DNA from: a virus
Taxonomy: Duplodnaviria > Caudoviricetes
DNA length: 47,119 bases
Virus record (IMG/VR): IMGVR_UViG_3300044267_003966
Coordinates: 1 to 47,119 of that record
Direction: 5' to 3' (one strand)
Positions 1 to 9,534 of this stretch are shown here, in pieces. Below the pieces are notes generated by a model. It saw nothing but the letters and a program-made list of their open reading frames with translations, was not told the origin of the DNA and made no database searches. How positions within the stretch are numbered: the first letter of the stretch is position 1; each line of letters starts with the position of its first letter. A program made the position numbers and the translations under genes.

Positions 1-139
1 TTTAGTAGCTGAATCAAAAGTAGTAAAAGTAGAAGGGCCTCCAACTTGCATTTTACCAGTATCATCTAACACTATATATAAAACAGCATCATTATTAGTG
101 CAGGCTATTTGAGCATCATTACTTGAAGATGCAAGGGTT
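1..139. repeat. Terminal direct repeat (circular assembly overlap), left copy
   Basis: 1-139 is identical to 46981-47119, and an ORF reads through the junction in frame. Confidence 0.97.
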
Positions 140-633
140 CCACCTCCAGTTATTTTCAAATCATCATCAATGCCAAATTTTAATGCAATCCCATCTCGTT
201 TGCTTCCTATATGAACATAGTAGTCAGGAAAAGTGCCTGCAATACCATACATTTGTAATACTTCTTGAGCTCCATAGCTAAATGTAGATTTTCCTGCCCC
301 TAAATTTCCATCATCAATACCTAGCTTAATGTTATCTCCAATAGTAACATCTTTTTTTATTGCAATTTTATTACCTGTTAAAGCTAAATTATCTCCTTCT
401 GCTTTTATAGATGGAGTATCGACATTAGGGTTGTTCAAATCAAACAAGGGGACAGAATAATACTTTCCCCCTGCAGCTCTAGCTTGTAAAACCATTCCTG
501 CTTCATCAGTGTGTGATATTCTTGTGTCAGCAGAACGACCAGAGTTAGACAATGATTCTCTGGCACTTGCCCTTCTAAGTCTTGAGCCTTTAGAAATATT
601 CAATCTGTTAATATCTCTTCTATCTGCAGCCAT
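1..633 (-). CDS. 5' part of an origin-spanning ~314 aa tail-associated/fibre-like protein (continues 46980..46669)
   Basis: ATG at 633 overlaps the nozzle-gene stop (TAATG). Reads MAADRRDINRLNISKG...VLYIVLDDTGKMQVGGPSTFTTFDSATK with no stop and joins the 46669 ORF in frame. Confidence 0.85.
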   Translation of the reverse strand, partial: MAADRRDINRLNISKGSRLRRASARESLSNSGRSADTRISHTDEAGMVLQARAAGGKYYSVPLFDLNNPNVDTPSIKAEGDNLALTGNKIAIKKDVTIGDNIKLGIDDGNLGAGKSTFSYGAQEVLQMYGIAGTFPDYYVHIGSKRDGIALKFGIDDDLKITGGGTLASSSNDAQIACTNNDAVLYIVLDDTGKMQVGGPSTFTTFDSATK

Positions 634-3317
634 TAGTTAACTTTTTTACCTCTATATACTACTGATATGTCGTTAATTGCAAATGTTTCATCTACAGTCC
701 CAGAGCTAGTAAACTTTAATTGAAAAGAATATATATTATTTACTTCACTTGAATCATTAGGCTCTAATACAGCAACTGCCCAAGCATCATCAGTATCAGC
801 TAAAGCATTGCTGCTAAAGTTGGTTCCATTTTTAAAAACTTTATCACATGTAGTAATACCATTTACATCAAATTTTACTTGTACATTAGGTATATCAGCA
901 CATTTATATGTAACATATACTTTGTAAATTTTCTTTCTTTGTGCAGGTTGACCAAAATCCATATCTTTTGTCAAAAGAACTACATTCCCTGAAGTTGTAT
1001 TATCTGCTGCTGCAGAGCTATATGATAAAAAATCTCCAAAAGCTGTTGTGTCATGATTTTCACCATTATCTGCATCAAACCACCATAGCATAGGAATACC
1101 ACTATCTACAGAAATAAAATTACTCCTAGTATCACTTGCCTCTGCATCTGGAAACATGCTATCATGGAATGTCCATGCATTAGTTTCTGTGTGGAGTATA
1201 TAAACATCACCAGCTGTACTAGCAGAACAATCTTTTAATACAATTATATTTTTACTCTTAGCATCATAACCAACAGAAGGCACAGTACCTAAAAAGGATG
1301 CCCATGTGTTTTGATCTATTTTTCCTTTAATAGTATTATTAACATTACTTCCATCGAATATCCAGCACCCTGTGTCATTAACCCACACTATACCTGTAGG
1401 CATTTTTGCTACTTGACTTCCATTAGATACTCCCATATTGTCATATTCTGCTTCTAAATACTGAGCATCATAATTTGCTACATTTATAATAAATAATTTA
1501 TTTCTTTTAAAGCAAAACAGCCTATCTCCATGTGATTCTAGATGTATAATATCATCACCATCATTTGAAGCTATATCTAAAAAATAATCTCTTGGGAATA
1601 CATCTGGCTTATCAAGAGGAGAGACCATTATACGATCAGGATAGTTTGTCTCGTTGTGCCTTACATTGCCTATGTAAGCTTGTCTGTTTATAACAACAGC
1701 TGTTTTATATTGCTCTGCATGTATAATATCGTCTGCAGGATATCCATTTATATCTTGGTATGTTAATGATGGTGGATTTTCAAACTCAAAAAATGCCCCA
1801 CTACCATCAGAAGGACAGCAGGCAACACCATCATCTTGAAAAGTATTTAATCCTACATCTCCCCATTCTGTATAATGTTTGTCAGTAAATTTCCTAACTC
1901 CATCTTTAAAGCTTATATCTACAAGATGCAGGTAATCACCTCCAAATGTATAAGGAGTTCCAATTGAAGTCCTATCTAATCTTCTTGCATATACTCTCAT
2001 TCCAACTATACGAGCATCAGGGCTAGACTGATCAGAAGTTCGATACCCTGTAGCTGGGAAATTATGAGCTCCATCATCTGATGTGTCCATTGTTCCATCA
2101 CTGTTTGCATCAGAAACTTTTCCAGTTCTAATATAAATTCTAAATTTAATTGTATCATTATCAAGTGCAGTTGCCACAGGAGTATTTGAATCAGTCCAAT
2201 CTGCGACCATAAACCCTCCAGTCATGTCTGCATCTATTCCTCCACCTGAATGTATTTCCCCATATTCTATTCTTTTAACAGGAGATTCAGCCCCAAAATC
2301 CATATCATAATAAACATAAGTATGATAAATAGCCCATATTCCAGTCCATGTACCCTTGGATGTATCAACATCATAACTAAAGCCAAGCCCTCCATTGTTC
2401 AATCTGTCAACTATAGCTATAGCCATATCAGTAACACCTAAATCTGTCGCAACAGGAGTTCCCTGACGATCTCTATTATTATCAAATCCATCATTTGTTC
2501 CATTTGCAGAAGGGGTTCTATGCATAATAATAGAGTTCCACCCTGTTTCTGTATCATTAGTTCCATCACTGTTTGCATCAGAAAGACCAACAGCAATTAG
2601 ATTTAAATTTCTAGTCTCTGAAGGGGGAGCTTTTATTTCTTGATCAGTTAAATACCACCCTGCAGCTAAAGTATAACTTGCTTCGTCAGAATGTCCTGTT
2701 AAAGCATTGCCACTTGCATTTCTAAAATAATTAACAGCTGGGCTGTAGTATAAGCATTTGTTAATATTTGCTGTACCATTTGTTCCTGCACTCACTCTAA
2801 GCCCATTACTAGAAAAGTAAAAAGCAGGATTGAGATCTCCACCTCCATCAGTAGAATTTCCACCTAAATCAATTGCTGTTTTACTTGTAGCAACTCCATT
2901 AATACCATCATCATTCCATTTATCTGGAGATTCAGGATCATATAAATAAAGAACATCATTTTGCACATAGTCTTGACACACCATAGCTAATACTGATGTA
3001 CCCCCTGCTATTTCATCATTTTGAAGGCTATAATCAGTTCTAAAAACAAATAATCCTTGCCCTGCAGCAATCTGTGTATTTGAACCCCCACTATTACCTC
3101 CAGCTGCATCTAAAAGAGATCCATATGTTGCATTAGGGTCTGCACCACCTACAATTGTAGCAGCACTTAAAGCTGATCCCCCCATCTTAATACCACCAAC
3201 AACAGATAAGTCTACACCAGTAGCAGTAACAAGCTGATTCTCAGCTATATCTCTCTGATTGGCTTTATTATTTATACCACCTTCAAAGTTGGCAATTCTA
3301 TAAATCGTTTTGGGCAT
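633..3317 (-). CDS. Tail nozzle / tail tubular protein B-like (podovirus), 894 aa
   Basis: N-terminal FEGGIN; beta-propeller-like C-half (DRIMVS..DKPDVFP, WIFDGS, VGYD); C-terminal LTKDMDFGQPAQRKKIYKVY; size and position fit. Confidence 0.7.
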   Translation of the reverse strand: MPKTIYRIANFEGGINNKANQRDIAENQLVTATGVDLSVVGGIKMGGSALSAATIVGGADPNATYGSLLDAAGGNSGGSNTQIAAGQGLFVFRTDYSLQNDEIAGGTSVLAMVCQDYVQNDVLYLYDPESPDKWNDDGINGVATSKTAIDLGGNSTDGGGDLNPAFYFSSNGLRVSAGTNGTANINKCLYYSPAVNYFRNASGNALTGHSDEASYTLAAGWYLTDQEIKAPPSETRNLNLIAVGLSDANSDGTNDTETGWNSIIMHRTPSANGTNDGFDNNRDRQGTPVATDLGVTDMAIAIVDRLNNGGLGFSYDVDTSKGTWTGIWAIYHTYVYYDMDFGAESPVKRIEYGEIHSGGGIDADMTGGFMVADWTDSNTPVATALDNDTIKFRIYIRTGKVSDANSDGTMDTSDDGAHNFPATGYRTSDQSSPDARIVGMRVYARRLDRTSIGTPYTFGGDYLHLVDISFKDGVRKFTDKHYTEWGDVGLNTFQDDGVACCPSDGSGAFFEFENPPSLTYQDINGYPADDIIHAEQYKTAVVINRQAYIGNVRHNETNYPDRIMVSPLDKPDVFPRDYFLDIASNDGDDIIHLESHGDRLFCFKRNKLFIINVANYDAQYLEAEYDNMGVSNGSQVAKMPTGIVWVNDTGCWIFDGSNVNNTIKGKIDQNTWASFLGTVPSVGYDAKSKNIIVLKDCSASTAGDVYILHTETNAWTFHDSMFPDAEASDTRSNFISVDSGIPMLWWFDADNGENHDTTAFGDFLSYSSAAADNTTSGNVVLLTKDMDFGQPAQRKKIYKVYVTYKCADIPNVQVKFDVNGITTCDKVFKNGTNFSSNALADTDDAWAVAVLEPNDSSEVNNIYSFQLKFTSSGTVDETFAINDISVVYRGKKVN

Positions 3318-3499
3318 TACTTGCTTTTAAGAATAGCATTCTTTAGTACTTCTTCAACACTATCCCAAACAGCATCCAAGACCTTGGCTTCTGTCTTCTC
3401 TCCAATGAAAGGAATGTCAATTGCCTTATTCATTTCCTCTATAAGTTTCTTTTTATTCTCTTCATTGAATAAGTAGTCTACTATCATTTTTTGTATCAT
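3317..3499 (-). CDS. Hypothetical protein, 60 aa
   Basis: Coupled ORF with start/stop overlaps; IDIPFIGEKTE motif. Confidence 0.75.
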   Translation of the reverse strand: MIQKMIVDYLFNEENKKKLIEEMNKAIDIPFIGEKTEAKVLDAVWDSVEEVLKNAILKSK

Positions 3500-3726
3500 A
3501 TCGTCTCATCTCCTATACTTTGTATTTTATCTTCACATATTTTACAGCTAACAAACTCTTTTGGAGGATGTGCCATTTTTTCTACTAAATCTAATCTTTT
3601 CTCAATTGAGCTAACCTTATAGTCAAGCTCATTATCATTTTCTACATATGACAATACTTTATCTAACTTGAATTGCTTGGCTATCATACTAATAACTTTA
3701 TTTATTAAAATACCCTGTAACATCAT
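3496..3726 (-). CDS. Hypothetical coiled-coil protein (possible lysis accessory)
   Basis: Coupled ORF; hydrophobic N-terminus, coiled coil, CxxC. Confidence 0.65.
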   Translation of the reverse strand: MMLQGILINKVISMIAKQFKLDKVLSYVENDNELDYKVSSIEKRLDLVEKMAHPPKEFVSCKICEDKIQSIGDETI

Positions 3727-3842
3727 TCCTCTACCTTGTCATCTAAATACATCTTTTCTACTTTCTTGAGAGCTCTTATTGCAAAAAATGAAAACAATAC
3801 TAACCCTAAAACCACAGTTCCTAATATTTGAAAGAATATCAT
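3723..3842 (-). CDS. Small single-TM membrane protein, 39 aa (not in ORF track)
   Basis: Hand translation MIFFQILGTVVLGLVLFSFFAIRALKKVEKMYLDDKVEE; fills the gap with TAATG/ATGA overlaps. Confidence 0.65.
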   Translation of the reverse strand: MIFFQILGTVVLGLVLFSFFAIRALKKVEKMYLDDKVEE

Positions 3843-4111
3843 TATCTGTCCCTATGTTCCTTTTTAAAGAGCTTTTTTAATATATGCTCTATACCCTCTA
3901 CATAACCCTTAAGTGCCTGAAAATCTAGCTGTGTGGCCTTTATTTGATCAATTAGCTTTATAACTATACCTTCCAATCGTTTAAATCTCTCATCTAGCTC
4001 TTCCATCAGCTCGTCTTGTATGAACTGATTTTGTTTCCAGATAAAATAACCAAATGCAGCTGCTACTGTCAATGGAATCCCAAACTGCTCTAAAAATGCA
4101 ATTGGTTCCAT
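3842..4111 (-). CDS. Putative holin (single TM plus coiled coil)
   Basis: FGIPLTVAAAFGYFIW TM segment followed by a coiled coil, BhlA-like architecture. Confidence 0.5.
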   Translation of the reverse strand: MEPIAFLEQFGIPLTVAAAFGYFIWKQNQFIQDELMEELDERFKRLEGIVIKLIDQIKATQLDFQALKGYVEGIEHILKKLFKKEHRDR

Positions 4112-4881
4112 TACTTACCAAATAAAGCACTTTTATTGCCAAATGTTTTTAAAGTATCTGCTTTTTGCTTAAGTCCCATTCTTAAGCCTGATTTAGAATC
4201 ATAATCCTCACTCATAATATAATCAATAAGGCCTTCAATCATCATTGCTTCTGTAGATCCTGTAAACTCAGATGGAGTTTCAGCATCAGGGCCAGTTCTT
4301 TCCAGTATATCAAAAATATTAACAGGCATACCCTTAGGGGTAGGCTCAACATCTACTACAGCAAGCTCCCCTGAATCAGGCAAGAAGGGAACAGGTGTTG
4401 CATCTCCACGACTTAGAGTGGCATTAGGAGACAACTCTAAAGCAGAAGTATTCCCAGTACCCTTCTGCAAGTATCTATCTAGCAGAGAATCTTCATTATT
4501 GAAAACCTCTCCTCCATACAAACCACTGTCATCTCTCATAAGGCTATCAATCTTTCTAGCTTCTTCCATCCATTGACCTTCAGTTGCTAAGAGTTTCATT
4601 AAATCAGCTATATTAAATTTAGAGCTATTTGCATCTTTTTGTGCAATTTGTGCAACTCCACCTTCTTGGTAACCCTCCACCATTCCATTTAAAAACTTAC
4701 TTTGTAAATACCCTTTATTGCCCATCTTTCCTCCATGTTTTTTTATATCTGGCACTTTCCCAGTCTCGTTCATCAGTTCAAGAGTATCATAGCCAATCTT
4801 TTGAGCAGAGTCTCTCTTTATAACAAACTCCCCTGGTGTCAGCATGGCTGGTACAGTATCAGTATTTTTCTTAGTTCCCAT
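4111..4881 (-). CDS. Putative internal virion protein with TDTVPAMLTPGEFV motif
   Basis: This motif and YQEGG occur in tape-measure/ejection-type phage proteins. Confidence 0.6.
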   Translation of the reverse strand: MGTKKNTDTVPAMLTPGEFVIKRDSAQKIGYDTLELMNETGKVPDIKKHGGKMGNKGYLQSKFLNGMVEGYQEGGVAQIAQKDANSSKFNIADLMKLLATEGQWMEEARKIDSLMRDDSGLYGGEVFNNEDSLLDRYLQKGTGNTSALELSPNATLSRGDATPVPFLPDSGELAVVDVEPTPKGMPVNIFDILERTGPDAETPSEFTGSTEAMMIEGLIDYIMSEDYDSKSGLRMGLKQKADTLKTFGNKSALFGK

Positions 4882-5659
4882 TAATTAATTCTCCCCACAG
4901 CGATGTCTTTCCATCTATTATTTGTATTATGTGCACTGTAAAATTTCCTTTATCATAAAAATCAACTATTGCAAATGCATGGCTCCAATTGTGTTGTCTT
5001 CCACCAAGCCAAGAGTTTTGCTCTTCTGTCATATCTTTTAAACATCCAATGCTCCATGCACTCTTAACTCCATCAAGATGAGTAACTGAACTCTGCTGCA
5101 GATCGTGATGATGTCCATACATAATATTGCATCCCAGACGAAGAAGATGATTCCTTGTATGCTGTATGCCAGCAAAATGGTGTCCATGATACATTGCTAG
5201 CTTTCCCAGCTTTAAGTACTTTCCCATTGGATAGTATTTGTAATTTCTTTCTTTTAGCTTTACACATTGTTTAAACCTATATTCCTTTAAGAATGGATGC
5301 TCTTCAACGAACCTGTTCATCCAATCATCATGATTGCCTTCAACCATGTATTTATTTTTACATTTTGCTTTATCAAGAGACTCATCAATCATATCCATCC
5401 CCTTATTGACATCTTCTATGTCCTGGTCAATAAATGGAAGTTGATATTCAAGTGGTGGCCTTTTCTTTCTTTTCCATTGCCAGTGAGAACAACCATGCCA
5501 CTCTCCAACATCTCCTAAATCAACATAAGTATCAGGCTTTACAATTTCTATTGTCCTCTTTAAGCAATTAATTGCAGGTATATCTGCAAGTGGAAAATGC
5601 TTATCAGGAGTGACAATAACTCTCTTTGTTACACCTTTGTCTTTCTTTCTTCTTTTCAA
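4871..5659 (-). CDS. Calcineurin-like metallophosphoesterase
   Basis: Motifs DxH (PDKH), GDxxE, GNHD, HGH, GHxH in canonical order. Confidence 0.9.
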   Translation of the reverse strand: MKRRKKDKGVTKRVIVTPDKHFPLADIPAINCLKRTIEIVKPDTYVDLGDVGEWHGCSHWQWKRKKRPPLEYQLPFIDQDIEDVNKGMDMIDESLDKAKCKNKYMVEGNHDDWMNRFVEEHPFLKEYRFKQCVKLKERNYKYYPMGKYLKLGKLAMYHGHHFAGIQHTRNHLLRLGCNIMYGHHHDLQQSSVTHLDGVKSAWSIGCLKDMTEEQNSWLGGRQHNWSHAFAIVDFYDKGNFTVHIIQIIDGKTSLWGELINGN

Positions 5660-5663
5660 AAAA

Positions 5664-5810
5664 CTAACTTAATTCTTTATATATTTTAATAATCATATAC
5701 ACTAAAGTAGCAATAGCAGCCATGGCACTGAAAAAAGGAGGAGCCCATTCTAGCCAACTAAAAGTTGACCCTGCAACACCAAGAGCTGCTGTTTTAAGAG
5801 TATCTTCCAT
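5664..5810 (-). CDS. Small holin-like membrane protein, 48 aa (not in ORF track)
   Basis: Hand translation MEDTLKTAALGVAGSTFSWLEWAPPFFSAMAAIATLVYMIIKIYKELS; AGGGAG upstream. Confidence 0.6.
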   Translation of the reverse strand: MEDTLKTAALGVAGSTFSWLEWAPPFFSAMAAIATLVYMIIKIYKELS

Positions 5811-6023
5811 CTATTTATCTCCCTTAGATGCTACTTCTTGATCTTTCATCTGTACTAAGACTTCAAGAGCTCCTTCAGCCTTTAGAGCAAGCTTATTAAA
5901 TTTATCAGCTTCACTTTTATATTGAGAAAGTTGTGCTTTTAAGTTTTCCATGACTTCATCATATGATAACTTTGGATTATCTATTTTTTCTTTTATATCT
6001 TTATATTCTTTTGTTTTTGACAT
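5811..6023 (-). CDS. Coiled-coil hypothetical protein (possible fibre chaperone)
   Basis: AGGAG RBS; heptad pattern. Confidence 0.7.
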   Translation of the reverse strand: MSKTKEYKDIKEKIDNPKLSYDEVMENLKAQLSQYKSEADKFNKLALKAEGALEVLVQMKDQEVASKGDK

Positions 6024-6035
6024 ACTTTCTCCTAT

Positions 6036-6710
6036 TTAAAAATTTGTTCCAAACCATAAGGGTTGTGGGTTCTCGTACATTATTACTAATTTTGGATCTC
6101 TACCAGTACCTGTATAAGCATCTGTATGGATTGTGCTATAATGTGTAGTGTTGTCACTAGGAGCACTATCATCATAGTCTATTTCCTTGATAACAGTAAC
6201 ACAAAACATGCCACTAGAACTCCCATCAGTGCCTGCTATACCTTTTAGATTGGTTAAAGCTTGATCATTTAATGTTATTGATGTGTACTCACCTGTTGCT
6301 GATGGAGTGTATTCAGCTGATAAAGCAATCATATCTTCATTACTATTTGATCCTCCTGATCCATACAGACAGCTATCAAAAGTACCAGTACTACCTAAAG
6401 ATCCAGTCGTGGAATGCTGGACAAGTCTATCTGCCCCTGATTTAGCAGTATACCATATACTAAAACTTGCACTCATTATTGCTGATCCATAAGGTAGAGC
6501 TCCCTTAACATCATAATTTGAAAAATATCTAGAACATCCATAAGTAACACTTCCTCTTGAAGATGCTTTGATACCATATATATTTGTAGTTGCAAGAGTT
6601 GTTATTATACCACTAGCAGATGCTTCCCTTGCATCAGCCCAGCTTGACTGATTATTAAGAGTGTGTCCTGCATCATAAGATGGGTATATAGTTTTGCTTT
6701 GATATGCCAT
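6036..6710 (-). CDS. Putative virion/tail-fibre accessory beta-sandwich protein
   Basis: S/T/G-rich; IMSASFSIW and RDPKLVIMY motifs resemble DNRLRE-type beta-sandwich ends. Confidence 0.55.
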   Translation of the reverse strand: MAYQSKTIYPSYDAGHTLNNQSSWADAREASASGIITTLATTNIYGIKASSRGSVTYGCSRYFSNYDVKGALPYGSAIMSASFSIWYTAKSGADRLVQHSTTGSLGSTGTFDSCLYGSGGSNSNEDMIALSAEYTPSATGEYTSITLNDQALTNLKGIAGTDGSSSGMFCVTVIKEIDYDDSAPSDNTTHYSTIHTDAYTGTGRDPKLVIMYENPQPLWFGTNF

Positions 6711-7270
6711 TAGATAGAAACCTTTGGCATGTAGTAGTTAGATGTTATATTTGTATAAGAATTTGAATCAGGGGTAACAGCTACCTGCTCAAACGATATA
6801 TTGCTAAATCCATGTTCATTAAATTCTTTTTCAAAATTATTCCAGAATGACACTTCTGCACCTGACTTAGCTTTAGCCTCTACAAATGCCTTAAAATTAA
6901 GCCAGCTATCATCATTAAAGGTATCTAAGAATATGCCATCATAAGTACTTAGACTATCTTTAACAGCCCACCAATCTCCCTCTACGATAGTAACATTAGA
7001 CTTTCCTGATGCCCAAGTATTTAATTTCTCAATAATCTGAGGGTGTATTTCTACTATTGTATGGCTATTAACACCTTGAGCTTGTATATAATCAGCACAC
7101 ATTCCCATACCAAATCCTATTTCTAAAATATCTCCTTTACTTTGACATATATACTCAGCTGTTTTTTCCATTATAGGGGCTTCCCAGCTCATCATAACTT
7201 CTATATTATCATAGCTTGTATCCACAATTTTTGTGTCGCTAAATGTTAATGTATGATCTTTATATGCCAT
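6710..7270 (-). CDS. Class I SAM-dependent methyltransferase, GAMT/Rmt2-like
   Basis: VMMSWEAPIM, ILEIGFGMG (motif I), HTIVEIHP, GDW, YDGIFLDTF. Confidence 0.85.
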   Translation of the reverse strand: MAYKDHTLTFSDTKIVDTSYDNIEVMMSWEAPIMEKTAEYICQSKGDILEIGFGMGMCADYIQAQGVNSHTIVEIHPQIIEKLNTWASGKSNVTIVEGDWWAVKDSLSTYDGIFLDTFNDDSWLNFKAFVEAKAKSGAEVSFWNNFEKEFNEHGFSNISFEQVAVTPDSNSYTNITSNYYMPKVSI

Positions 7271-9105
7271 TAACTAAAATCCAAAGCTGCATTGCCATAT
7301 AAAAATCCATTGTCCTGATCCCAATAAAAACTAATAATATCTACATCATTTGCTCCAGTAGATAGTGTAGGAGCACTTCCTCCTGGCCATAACACATCTT
7401 CACTCCCATCTGCAGTACTACCATCAGACTCTAAAGCATGCCAATTTGTTACTGTTCTACCTCCAGTGCCATCTTGCTTTAAAATTAAAGTAAAATTACC
7501 TGACTGTGCAGGCATTCTAAAATTGATAGTTGCAATATTATCTGCACCAAAAACTAAATAATGTTTATTTCCTGAAGTGTAAAAATTAACAGTTGTCGTA
7601 GTAGCATTAAATGTAGCAGTAGTTTGTTTAAATACTGCTGTTACAGCTGCACTTGAACTTCCAAATAAAAAAAGATTAGTATCTAGTGTTAATCCTATCT
7701 CTCCACCTGTAGACATTTGTATAGTATCTGCAGAAGATTCATGAATATATGTATGAGTACCTCCACCAAGAATTAATTTTCCTGTTGATGCAATTTTTAA
7801 ATCAGTACCATCAAATGTTAAATTAGCTTCTGCATTCATAGCATCAGTTCCAGTTGCTGTAACAATATAATTATCAGCACCATTTGCCATAAAGTCTGAA
7901 ACATCTACAGATAATTGCCCACTTGATGCATCTAAGCCTGTACTAGCAATTCCACTAACAAGGTCAGCAATAGATTCTTTTTTAGAAGCATTACTTCCAT
8001 CAGCATCTATAATAGCAATACTGTCATTTGCAACACTAACAGTAGCTGCAGATAATTCATTTAAATCTAAGGCGAATGTCCTAGAGGCTGCTCCATCAAA
8101 TGTCCCTCCAGCACTAATTCCATCTCCTGCTGTTAAAGCATTAGGAACTTTTAATACTGACAGGGTATCAGACGATAATTCTATGGTCGAAGTGTCAGCA
8201 GCATTTGTATTTAGCATTGTACCTTCAACTGAGTCAGCAGCTATAGTTAAAGCACCACCTGCTGCTATTGATGCATCGCCACTAACATTTCCAAATATAG
8301 CATCTTCAAAGTTAGAAGTAGTCATTTTTACAAGATTCCCAGAGTCTGATGTGTCTGAAAGAATCATTAAATCATCTTGTGCAAAATCTGTTATTGCAGT
8401 ACCTAGTGAGTCTCCATCTAGCTTATCCATGTCAATAGCTGCACCTGAAGCAATAGAAGCATTTACAACAGCATTAGAGGCTAGCTGGTCTGCACCAACT
8501 GCATCATCTCCAATCATTGCTTGCTCTACTGCATCGTTAGCTATAGTAATTGCTCCAGCACTATTTAAAGTTACATCGCCACTAATAGCAACAGGGTTGT
8601 AATTTGTCCCATCAGCAACAAGCACATATCCAGATGTATTTGTATTCATAAACAAATCATCGCCAGTGATAGTAAGATCACCACTAACTGCTAAGTTTCC
8701 AGTAACATTAGCATCTCCACCACTTGGAACAATTGTTAGATCTCCACCTGAACTAGTGTTAAATGTAGTAGCATTGCTGCCATCATAAGATAATTTTAAT
8801 TGATTGTCTGTAGCTTCTAATATTTCCAACTTGGAATCAGGATCACTAACATTTATTCCCACTCTATCAGTACTTCCATCAACAAACAGAGTATGAGTGT
8901 CATTATCCCCTTCAACCCTAAAATCCATTGCAGAGCCCTGCTCATTAAAAACAATGGTTCCTGTTGCTGACTCTGCAAATGATGCTACAGTTTGACTAGA
9001 AGAGTTTTGTATAATAAAGTTTTCACCAGAATCTATCTTTATAGTGGAATCAGCTGTTACTACTGCCTGATCTGCTTTTGTTTTTGCATCTAATGTCCAG
9101 CCCAT
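7270..9105 (-). CDS. Tail fibre protein, 611 aa
   Basis: DFRVEGD, VGINVSDP, SGD(V/A) repeats, AEANLTFDG; C-terminal LILKQDGTGGRTV..WPGGSAPTLSTGANDVDIISF fibre-tip domain. Confidence 0.85.
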   Translation of the reverse strand: MGWTLDAKTKADQAVVTADSTIKIDSGENFIIQNSSSQTVASFAESATGTIVFNEQGSAMDFRVEGDNDTHTLFVDGSTDRVGINVSDPDSKLEILEATDNQLKLSYDGSNATTFNTSSGGDLTIVPSGGDANVTGNLAVSGDLTITGDDLFMNTNTSGYVLVADGTNYNPVAISGDVTLNSAGAITIANDAVEQAMIGDDAVGADQLASNAVVNASIASGAAIDMDKLDGDSLGTAITDFAQDDLMILSDTSDSGNLVKMTTSNFEDAIFGNVSGDASIAAGGALTIAADSVEGTMLNTNAADTSTIELSSDTLSVLKVPNALTAGDGISAGGTFDGAASRTFALDLNELSAATVSVANDSIAIIDADGSNASKKESIADLVSGIASTGLDASSGQLSVDVSDFMANGADNYIVTATGTDAMNAEANLTFDGTDLKIASTGKLILGGGTHTYIHESSADTIQMSTGGEIGLTLDTNLFLFGSSSAAVTAVFKQTTATFNATTTTVNFYTSGNKHYLVFGADNIATINFRMPAQSGNFTLILKQDGTGGRTVTNWHALESDGSTADGSEDVLWPGGSAPTLSTGANDVDIISFYWDQDNGFLYGNAALDFS

Positions 9106-9115
9106 GTAATTTCCT

Positions 9116-9526
9116 TTATATTCTTGGTACTGTCATAGCTCTCACTCCAGATCTTCTTGAAGGGTATTTCTTGACAGCTGCAATAAATTGATTGTAATAA
9201 TATTGAGCTTTTTGCTCACTACCTTGTTGTTCAAATAACCTGTATTTTACATAATTAAGTAAAGCAGGATGCATACCACTATCAATTCCAGCTAAATCAA
9301 ATAAATCGCTTGTCCTTGTAGAGGATGTTGTTAAATTTTCAAATTTAGAATGAAAATGTATCCTTAGCCCTTTAGTGACACTTGAATCAACATAAGTATC
9401 ATACTCTCCTGATGTCAATCCATCTGTCGAATCATTAGAAGTGGCTTTTACAACTATACCTAATCTAGTATCATCGTTATACCATGCAAAATAATCATCA
9501 GGATATGTTCTTTTATTTGTTGCCAT
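9116..9526 (-). CDS. Head-tail adaptor-like protein (C-terminal half)
   Basis: GLRIHF and HPALLNYVKYRL..AQYYYNQF resemble the C-terminal helices of podovirus adaptors. Confidence 0.55.
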   Translation of the reverse strand: MATNKRTYPDDYFAWYNDDTRLGIVVKATSNDSTDGLTSGEYDTYVDSSVTKGLRIHFHSKFENLTTSSTRTSDLFDLAGIDSGMHPALLNYVKYRLFEQQGSEQKAQYYYNQFIAAVKKYPSRRSGVRAMTVPRI

Positions 9527-9534
9527 AAATTCTC

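Noticed and set aside
1-139. Biological terminal repeat
   Set aside because: It falls mid-gene and has a k-mer-like length; better explained as assembler circular overlap.
8183-8602. Antisense ORFs (also 41693-42235, 11051-11284, 18095-18456 and similar)
   Set aside because: Shadow frames opposite well-supported genes, with no RBS or motifs.
7270-9105. Diversity-generating retroelement target
   Set aside because: No reverse transcriptase and no adenine-variant TR/VR pair seen; internal repeats are ordinary fibre motifs.
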